The translations under genes were made by a program, and so were the position numbers. The notes below the pieces were generated by a model that saw nothing but the letters and a program-made list of their open reading frames with translations, was not told where the DNA came from and made no database searches. 64,000 nucleotides of DNA from Wickerhamiella versatilis (Eukaryota). Below, piece after piece: positions 54,577 to 64,000 of the stretch (position 1 is its first letter; the number at the start of each line of letters is the position of its first letter). The stretch is from positions 682,001-746,000 of the forward strand of contig JAQOWU010000007.1 in the NCBI GenBank assembly GCA_030867685.1, read 5' to 3'.

Positions 54577-55518
54577 ATGGTTTCGCAGGTTATCCTCGAA
54601 GCTGGAACAATTTTTCAAATAACCCGACACTCACATGACTCCTATCCTGATGCGGCGTGCGGAGTTTTGCTTGGCTCCGAGCTGGGACCGGAGATAAGTG
54701 AGACATTCCCCCTGCTTCCTCAGGCCATGGACGGAAACGGAGCTAGCTTTCGCGACAAGGAGGTTACCGCATATGAAAGGCTTATGGTTTCTTCGTTGAA
54801 ATCTGTTGGTGCTGACTCGGTGGTCAAGGGATACTATCTGAGCACCACAAAGTCAGGACTGTTTGAAGCACCACTGCTTGACAACCTTTATCAAATTCAG
54901 CAGGCCAATAGAGAAGTCGTATTTTTGCAGCATGATGTGGCCCTCTCGCGTGCGTCAGGAACTCTGGAATTGCGAGCATATCAACTAAGTCCTGCCTTCC
55001 TAGAGGTTCGCCATCAAGGCAAGCATGGTGCCTTCAACACCGAAATAATGATCGAGGCTGGCCTTACTTACGAGTCTTGCTTCGTTGAGATTCCTGTGGT
55101 TATCCACAACTCGCATTTGGTTGATCTCGCTGCCCTTTCATTACCTGCCCCGAAGAAGCAGGAGCTCATCGTGCCAACTCAGTCACTCCTTGAGACTGAG
55201 AGCTCTGATATCATGGATGTAATTGACGACTTTAACTATGACCAAAATTCTTTCAGCCACTATCAGAGGCAGCTTGCTCGCGAAAAGCAAAAGGTGGTTG
55301 CCTGGCAACAACGCCGTGCCGCGGAAAATAGGGCACGCGATGCCGTGGACAAGCCTCTTCTTCCCACAGACGAATGGAAGACCATGTTCAAGCTTCCAGA
55401 TGAACCGTCGCGTGCCGAAAATCTGCTCACCAGTGGTCGACTGCAAAGTGATTGTGAACGGATGGAAGAACTAGTAGCACAAGCCGGAACAACACTGCTT
55501 GCTACACGAACAGAGTAA
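54577..55518 (+). CDS. EIF3H: Translation initiation factor eIF3 subunit H (MPN)
   Basis: MPN-like GVLLG..ETFP, LRAYQLSPAF, EIPVVIHNSHL, YQRQLAREK..WQQRR.AEN, FKLPDEPSR. Confidence 0.88.
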   Translation: MVSQVILEAGTIFQITRHSHDSYPDAACGVLLGSELGPEISETFPLLPQAMDGNGASFRDKEVTAYERLMVSSLKSVGADSVVKGYYLSTTKSGLFEAPLLDNLYQIQQANREVVFLQHDVALSRASGTLELRAYQLSPAFLEVRHQGKHGAFNTEIMIEAGLTYESCFVEIPVVIHNSHLVDLAALSLPAPKKQELIVPTQSLLETESSDIMDVIDDFNYDQNSFSHYQRQLAREKQKVVAWQQRRAAENRARDAVDKPLLPTDEWKTMFKLPDEPSRAENLLTSGRLQSDCERMEELVAQAGTTLLATRTE

Positions 55519-55646
55519 AGAACGTGGAAAAGTAAGATATGCTAGCAGATTCATTTAAGCTAAAGCTAAAGTTATAAAAGCGGTCACGTAGTTTAAGGTG
55601 ATCTTTTTCTTTGACCAGATATCGCTGACATTACACATACACGCAT

Positions 55647-57395
55647 ATGTCTGATGGTCCTCTGGCTCAGAAGATTGGGGCCCTTTTGGGGATGGCCTAT
55701 GCGGATAGCTCACTAAAGCATGAGTTGAACGTACTTGATGGGATACTGGCTGATTGGGAGCCTAACGAACGGCTAGTGCGTACACGTGTCGAGGAGGATT
55801 ATCTCGCGAAGACTCAGTTAGTACTGGACCGTTTTGAGCCTTTTTATGAGGGTATTCAAAGCACAAGCAGTAGTATTGACCAGGCAGAAGTCGTCTTAAA
55901 TAAAATGAAAGCCCTCATTTCTGATATGAATATGGGTGGGTTCATTAGAGATGCCCAGGCTTTACAGAAAGAGATTCAAACATTGGAGTCAAAATCTCAC
56001 ACATTAGAGGCATGGAACGAGAGTTTTGTCTTGAGTCCTCAAGATTTGGAAGCACTCGAGACTCACCCAGTGGATTCAGACACATTTTTCCAAGCTATCA
56101 CAAGGGCGCGCAATATTAATAGTAAGGCTGCTATTGTGCTGGCAGAATCCCCTGAGGCTGGGGAACGCATGATGAGTGACATCTCGAAGACTCTCGACTC
56201 GGTATATGCTCGGTTACAGACTGCCATCGACCAACGTATGACGTCCGTCGGAGTTGTGGAAGGAAGTGCAGGATTGGGAGCACTAAGAAAGTATATTGCA
56301 GTAATTGCTGAAGATAGACCTTTGGTATTCAAGCAACTTCTCAGTGGAGTATCTACCACGCGGAGGTCAGCCCTCGCAACGGAGTTTGCAAAAATGGACA
56401 CTGATGCAACGCAGCCTTTACGCACTCTAGGGGACATATTGGCATGGGTCCACTCTGCGATTGTCCAAGAATACGAATATCTCAGTCTGCTGGTGGCAGA
56501 TCCTGATTGGGATCCTCAGCAGACCCGCATGGCAGCGAGTCTTCTCAACTCCACGGACACTCACGATATTGTTGCTGAAATGGTTGGTCAGGTAACAGAG
56601 GTGCTAAATAGCCCCCTACGATTGCGGATAACCCAGATTACGGTCAATCAGAATAATCCAGTAACACTCGATCAATGTGAAGTGGTCCTCCGCTTTTATC
56701 AGGGGATGCTCATAAAATACAACCAAAGCGTACTAATTGAGGCATTGAAAGCCTCAGAACAGGCTATTGGTCGACAATTTCTGAGAGCCGTCAACTTAAT
56801 GCTAGAAAAACACACTACACAGTTTTCAAGGGAGCTGAAAGCGCCGCCGAGGCTAGAGGCAGCAGTAACGTTGCTTGCTGATATTCTACGAGCCCATGAG
56901 CATGGTCTCTCAAGCGACTTGAATGAGCGTATCGCACCCTTGTTGTTTTTACCCCTGCAACAGGCCCGTGAAGCTGCACGCCGTCTGCCTGAAGAGGACC
57001 GCGAGCTAGCTATTCTTAATTCACTGGATGCTGCACGCACAAGACTAGTCCCCTTCATCGAGACAGGTGGTGGCCCTGTTGCCGACGAGTGTGAGCGGAT
57101 TGAAGAAGAAATCATTGCGCACTCCAATGCACAAGGGGCTATCGAGGCTCGTAAACTCTGTGAGGACTCTGGTATTCTTGATGGCCTACCCGACAGTGAA
57201 TTTGCGGCGAAATTTGACCTCTTCCTGTCCTCTGCCAGCTTTGATCTGGCCCATAGATTGAGATATGTTGACTCGCCAACAATCGCAACTCAAATTACCC
57301 ACGCTGCTGTCACGCGTTTTATTGATGCGTATGCGCCACTGGCGGAGAGAGGAGCTCCCAGAAAGGTCGAGGATGTGCGTACATTGCTTCTTTAA
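55647..57395 (+). CDS. COG6: Conserved oligomeric Golgi complex subunit 6
   Basis: LRTLGDILAWVHSAIVQEYE, LRLRITQI, C-terminal VEDVRTLL. Confidence 0.85.
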   Translation: MSDGPLAQKIGALLGMAYADSSLKHELNVLDGILADWEPNERLVRTRVEEDYLAKTQLVLDRFEPFYEGIQSTSSSIDQAEVVLNKMKALISDMNMGGFIRDAQALQKEIQTLESKSHTLEAWNESFVLSPQDLEALETHPVDSDTFFQAITRARNINSKAAIVLAESPEAGERMMSDISKTLDSVYARLQTAIDQRMTSVGVVEGSAGLGALRKYIAVIAEDRPLVFKQLLSGVSTTRRSALATEFAKMDTDATQPLRTLGDILAWVHSAIVQEYEYLSLLVADPDWDPQQTRMAASLLNSTDTHDIVAEMVGQVTEVLNSPLRLRITQITVNQNNPVTLDQCEVVLRFYQGMLIKYNQSVLIEALKASEQAIGRQFLRAVNLMLEKHTTQFSRELKAPPRLEAAVTLLADILRAHEHGLSSDLNERIAPLLFLPLQQAREAARRLPEEDRELAILNSLDAARTRLVPFIETGGGPVADECERIEEEIIAHSNAQGAIEARKLCEDSGILDGLPDSEFAAKFDLFLSSASFDLAHRLRYVDSPTIATQITHAAVTRFIDAYAPLAERGAPRKVEDVRTLLL

Positions 57396-57830
57396 AAGTA
57401 CAAGCAGTAGGCCGCATCATTTCCAAGAGAGCAAACAATAACAAAAGTGCATCAAGAAAAGGTTGTTTTTCTTAGGGAACATCCTTGATTCACACCTCTA
57501 TTTATTCCCTTAGCTATATAAATTTGTCATGATAATACTATACAGACAACGCTCTACCTTCAAGGATGGCTTGATTTCTTGGAGTTTTTATCGCTTCCAT
57601 CTGAGATCAGCCCCAAAATGTCGCTTAACCTGCGCGTAAGGAGAACTTAGCTTTACATAATAGATGTGATTGATTGTATCATTATATAACACACCAATCC
57701 CGCCCTCCCAGTTAGAACTTCCTTGCTAACTTGAGCGACCAACTTCAACGAGGCAGAAGCAAGTCTTTTCCGATTCATTCTTGATTTTATTGCTTTTAGA
57801 GGCAAGAGGCATATTATACAACTCCAGTCC

Positions 57831-58478
57831 ATGTTAGGAATTGCACAACACGTTAGCTCATCGAATTTGCATCCTCAAGACTCATCCCCAAGTGGTATTG
57901 GAGACTTTGAGGGACTGGTGAGCAAAATCAAGCAAGTATTGGGTCCCTCATCAGGCCTTGACTCTTCAGATGTGGATGTCCCCAACTTGATGAGAATGAT
58001 ACGGTCATACGACGCCACCGCGAATCCCGCGGAATGGAGTCAGTATTCGTTTTTGGATCCCAATACTTCTTACACCCGCAATGGGGTCGATGATATCAAT
58101 TCTAAAGCTAATCTATTGATATTAGTATGGACTCCTGGTAAGGGTTCTGCTATCCATGACCACGCAAATGCTCATTGCATTGTTAAGGTATTAAAGGGTA
58201 CCCTTAGAGAAACGCTATACCACCAAGAAAAAGAAGGACAAAGACTCACAGTTAAACGAGTATCAGACTATAAGACTAACGAGGTGTCATACATGTCAGA
58301 TGAATTGGGGCTGCATAAGATGGAAAATCTCGGGACAGAACCTGTCGTTACACTTCATCTTTATACACCGCCCTATGCAGCAAAATTTGGATGCAACACT
58401 TATGATGAAATTTCTGGCACCGTTCACCATACGACCATGTCACTTTATTCGGACCATGGCGTTATTCGCCGCGATTGA
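57831..58478 (+). CDS. CDO1: Cysteine dioxygenase
   Basis: YTRN, LLILVWTPGKGSAIHDHANAHC (His and crosslink Cys), LGLHKM, LHLYTPP (crosslink Tyr). Confidence 0.93.
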   Translation: MLGIAQHVSSSNLHPQDSSPSGIGDFEGLVSKIKQVLGPSSGLDSSDVDVPNLMRMIRSYDATANPAEWSQYSFLDPNTSYTRNGVDDINSKANLLILVWTPGKGSAIHDHANAHCIVKVLKGTLRETLYHQEKEGQRLTVKRVSDYKTNEVSYMSDELGLHKMENLGTEPVVTLHLYTPPYAAKFGCNTYDEISGTVHHTTMSLYSDHGVIRRD

Positions 58479-58632
58479 AACGAGGCCAAGAAAACCACTG
58501 TGGGAACCGTAGGATAAAATACCCCAGTAATAATAAATCTAGTGACGAAATTCAATCTCAATGAAATGAATACAGTAGTACGACATACTTTTTTTTGAAT
58601 TATTTCACATAAAATAACGACTCATTTATATC

Positions 58633-59775
58633 CTAGAACCATGCAGGACGCTCTGTGCTGTCTAGGGTAGCGGGCGGTTGCTGAGGAGGTATGCTGCCAG
58701 GTTCAGCCGGCCCCGAGATCAGGTTGGCACGTTCATAAGGTGCTATTTGCCCCACGCCCTGGATAGGAGCAGGAGAAACCAGGCGTGTGGGCTGCGCCTC
58801 GTGTGGCACCTGAGGTGCCTGCGGCATCTGAGGTTCCTGGGGCTGTGGTGCAGCTTCTTTTGGCTGTCGTGACGTGTACTTACCATGATAAGTCCAATCG
58901 AAAATGTAGTCGTAGGTGAAGCCTTGGCGTACAAATAGGTCGCGTAGGATTCGCCGCAAATAAATATAGTCGGGCTTATCATCAAACCGCAGGTGACGTG
59001 CATAGGTGAGGAACACCGCGAACTCTCGGGGCAGACCCCGGCAGAGCGCTTCAACACCCGTTGTCAACTTACGCTCCATAATACGCTCGTACTTCTGCTT
59101 TTTCGTTTGAGCCTTCAGGCCCTGCCACGGTAGGCCACCTCGAACAAAGTAAATTAGCACGTAGGCCAACGACTCAAGGTCATCGCGGCGGGACTGCTCG
59201 ATGCCCAGGTGGGTATTGATGCTCGCATAACGCGCAGTGCCCGTCAGGTTCTTGTTTTCACGGTAGGGGATATGGAAGTAAGTACGCGGGTCACGGAAAC
59301 GCTTGGCAAGACCAAAATCGATCACGTTTACCTGATTACCCCGCCGGCCAGTGCCCATCAAGAAATTATCCGGCTTAATATCTCGATGAATGAATGACCT
59401 GGCATGCACAAACTCCAGCCGGCACACCAGCTGGTCGGCCAACAGTAGAGCCGTTTTATAGCTAAATTTGCGGCCACAGAAGTTGAAGAGGTCCTCGAGA
59501 GATGGACCCAACAGGTCGATGACCAGGGCATGATATCGGCCCTCTGTCCCATAGTAGCGCACAAATGGTATACCAACGCCGCCGCTAAGTGCCTTATATA
59601 CGCGCGACTCGTAGTCCAGCTGCGGGTGACGCGCGCGCACGCTCTCCAACTTGATTGCCACCTCCTCACCGCTAATAACGTTGACCCCCAGATAAATATC
59701 ACCAAAGCTTCCACTACCAATCCTTCGCAAAAGACGGTACTTCTTACCGACCTTCATATCTGTTTCGCCACTCAT
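58633..59775 (-). CDS. HRR25: Casein kinase I delta/epsilon type (Hrr25/Hhp1-like)
   Basis: ATG 59775; [54 protein letters not shown]-rich tail, no terminal CC. Confidence 0.9.
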   Translation of the reverse strand: MSGETDMKVGKKYRLLRRIGSGSFGDIYLGVNVISGEEVAIKLESVRARHPQLDYESRVYKALSGGVGIPFVRYYGTEGRYHALVIDLLGPSLEDLFNFCGRKFSYKTALLLADQLVCRLEFVHARSFIHRDIKPDNFLMGTGRRGNQVNVIDFGLAKRFRDPRTYFHIPYRENKNLTGTARYASINTHLGIEQSRRDDLESLAYVLIYFVRGGLPWQGLKAQTKKQKYERIMERKLTTGVEALCRGLPREFAVFLTYARHLRFDDKPDYIYLRRILRDLFVRQGFTYDYIFDWTYHGKYTSRQPKEAAPQPQEPQMPQAPQVPHEAQPTRLVSPAPIQGVGQIAPYERANLISGPAEPGSIPPQQPPATLDSTERPAWF

Positions 59776-60204
59776 TCTGGATGCTGGGTCGACCAAACGT
59801 GGGAAGGCCAAGAGGTCAACGTGCTTAGATAAGGGGTGCCAATCTTCACAATGCTGGCGACAGGAGCCGCCTGTGGTAGGGCAGGGGTTGTGTTCGATCA
59901 CGGCGACGCCAAGAAATTATTTTGCGAGTGACATTCACCAGAACAAACCAGTCTGATGGATCTTTTAGGGTATGATAAATAGTCAATAGTCAGCTTGTTG
60001 CCACTTATCTTCGCCGGTATAGCTTATTTATGGAAACCACTAGGAATTTATCTGTTTCATACAGGCCACGATCGTACATTACTTATTTGCCCGGCCAAAA
60101 GTACGAGCAGCAGCAAAATGGTGCATGCAGGTGAACGTTGCTGGTTTAGCTTAATTTAGCCTCTAGCTTAGCTGTGCAGGCTGCTGCTCTGCGAACCATT
60201 AGTC

Positions 60205-61071
60205 ATGGCATCTGCTGCTGCGTCGGCTGGTATACCGACGCAGACCCCAGAGCTCCCTGAACAAGTATACGAGTGGGTAGTGGAGCTTGTATATGGACCC
60301 AATCGTGAATATGCCCTGTTAGAGCTATCCAAGAAGCGTGAACAGTTCGATGACCTTGCACTTATCCTGTGGCATAGTCACGGGGTGATCACGGTCCTTC
60401 TGCAAGAAATTGTGAGCATATATCCCTTGTTGAGCCCGCCACATCTCACCATGACGGCATCAACCCGTATCTGCAATACGCTGGCGTTGTTGCAGTGCCT
60501 GTCGAGTCATCCCCAGACCCGCAATGCGTTTCTCAGAGCCCATATCCCGCTATTTCTGTATCCATTCCTGAACACAACGTCACGTTCAAGGGCCTTCGAG
60601 TACCTACGACTAACGTCGCTGGGCGTTATTGGTGCGTTGGTAAAGGACGACTCCAGTGAGGTTGTCTCGTTCCTGCTGTCAACAGAAATCATTCCCTTGT
60701 GTCTCCGTATCATCGAGACCGGCACCGAGCTTCCTAAGATGGTTGCTATATTCATAGTGCAGAAAATCTTGACCGATGATATGGGCCTGCAGTATGTCTG
60801 CCAGACTTACGAACGCTTCTATGCCGTTAGTGCAGTGCTCGCCAGTGTTGTCCAGCAACTCGTCATAATGGAGCCACCCTCTCCGCGGCTCCTGAAGCAT
60901 GTGGTGCGGTGCTACCTCCGCCTCAGTGATGACCCGAGAGCTCGAGAGTCGCTGCGTCAAGTTCTTCCTGAGCCCCTGCGAGATGCCACCTTCTCGTCCG
61001 TGCTTCGCCACGACCAGAGTACCCGACGATGCCTCACACAACTAATAATGCAGCTCCAAATTGGACAGTGA
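60205..61071 (+). CDS. CAF40: CCR4-NOT subunit Caf40/Rcd1
   Basis: [59 protein letters not shown]. Confidence 0.96.
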   Translation: MASAAASAGIPTQTPELPEQVYEWVVELVYGPNREYALLELSKKREQFDDLALILWHSHGVITVLLQEIVSIYPLLSPPHLTMTASTRICNTLALLQCLSSHPQTRNAFLRAHIPLFLYPFLNTTSRSRAFEYLRLTSLGVIGALVKDDSSEVVSFLLSTEIIPLCLRIIETGTELPKMVAIFIVQKILTDDMGLQYVCQTYERFYAVSAVLASVVQQLVIMEPPSPRLLKHVVRCYLRLSDDPRARESLRQVLPEPLRDATFSSVLRHDQSTRRCLTQLIMQLQIGQ

Positions 61072-61156
61072 ATAGAATATGTATTAGAACAGAATATAGT
61101 TTTATGTACACAGTAAACTTATTTGGTAGATTGAATTTTTCATCACACCAACATGG

Positions 61157-63201
<2,045 letters not shown>

Positions 63202-63512
63202 ATATGCTTCTCTCTCCACAAAGTTGAGTATTATTCAGTAGCATTAGAACATTTTGCAGAAATACACCGGATAACGCCTCTGCCTGTGTGGATCGAAATC
63301 TCAAGTGTGGTTTTTAGCAGAGATAAATTTTTCCTTTGAGGTTTAAAATGACGATTGCTTTCTCTAAATTTATCTTATTAGTCTCCATACATATAATTTG
63401 TTGCTCTAACGGTATATCGTACACCCAACGGTCTTTATTTTTTATAGCCGTATCCTATCAGTCTGAGGCAAGTTTGTAAGCAACAAGTTGCTTGGGCACT
63501 AATTGGCCTCAG

Positions 63513-64000
63513 ATGTTCCATCTGGGAGGCAGTTTGTTGAAAGATGCAGATGAACGCAAAATCAAAAGAGAAGTGCCCAAGGCAACAAATAGAATTATTG
63601 ACAGCACCGTGGCACGCCTGTACGTGGCTTACCCTGACCCGACAAAATGGACTTATACGGGTCTCTCTGGAGCCATTTGCCTTGTTGATGACTTGGTAGG
63701 CCATACATTTTATCTTAAGCTCGTCGACATTGAAGGCAATAGAGGTGTCTTGTGGGATCAGGAACTATATGTTGGATTCCAGTACAATCAAGACCGAACG
63801 TACTTTCACAGTTTCGAGCTCGAGGACTGTCTGGCTGGTCTATTATTTGAGAGTAAGTCAGAGGCAGCTCATTTCCTAAAGAGAATGAATACTAGAAAGA
63901 AGCATGCATCAAAAGAAACTGCACATAATGATGCTGCTATTCCTCGTCAAAAAGCAGCTGGCTCTGCGGCAGGTCCGCCACCCCCAGCTCCACCCCCAGC
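63513..64000 (+). CDS. LAS17: WASP homologue Las17, 5' part; runs off the right edge
   Basis: Not in the ORF track. From ATG 63513: ..KIKREVPKATNRIIDSTVARLYVAYPDPTKWTYTGLSGAICLVDDLVGHTFYLKLVDI..LWDQELY..NQDRTYFHSFELEDC (WH1 domain), then polyproline begins. Confidence 0.93.
   Translation, partial: MFHLGGSLLKDADERKIKREVPKATNRIIDSTVARLYVAYPDPTKWTYTGLSGAICLVDDLVGHTFYLKLVDIEGNRGVLWDQELYVGFQYNQDRTYFHSFELEDCLAGLLFESKSEAAHFLKRMNTRKKHASKETAHNDAAIPRQKAAGSAAGPPPPAPPP

Overview
This is eukaryotic nuclear DNA from a budding yeast (Saccharomycotina) with a very compact, nearly intron-free genome. It uses the standard code: CTG falls at the conserved Leu of casein kinase HPQLxYE. Retention of eIF3h, FAN1, cysteine dioxygenase and a UDP-galactose-type transporter suggests an early-diverging lineage such as Wickerhamiella/Starmerella (inference only). 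The window holds about 40 CDS, mostly housekeeping, plus two edge-truncated genes the ORF track missed: a Ser/Thr-rich secreted protein and LAS17. I found no tRNA, rRNA, transposon, CRISPR or clearly bacterial gene. Most notable: (1) seven head-to-head gene pairs have <50 bp between start codons, including ARP8/MTG2, whose ATGs overlap in one CATG palindrome; (2) an unannotated ~290-nt multi-helix ncRNA candidate lies between GCV2 and PMC1; (3) actin (ends in Cys-Pro) and beta-tubulin (natural F167Y) are strongly divergent; (4) GGGTTAGGG telomere-like motifs recur in promoters. Gene calls rest on motif recognition from memory, not database searches.
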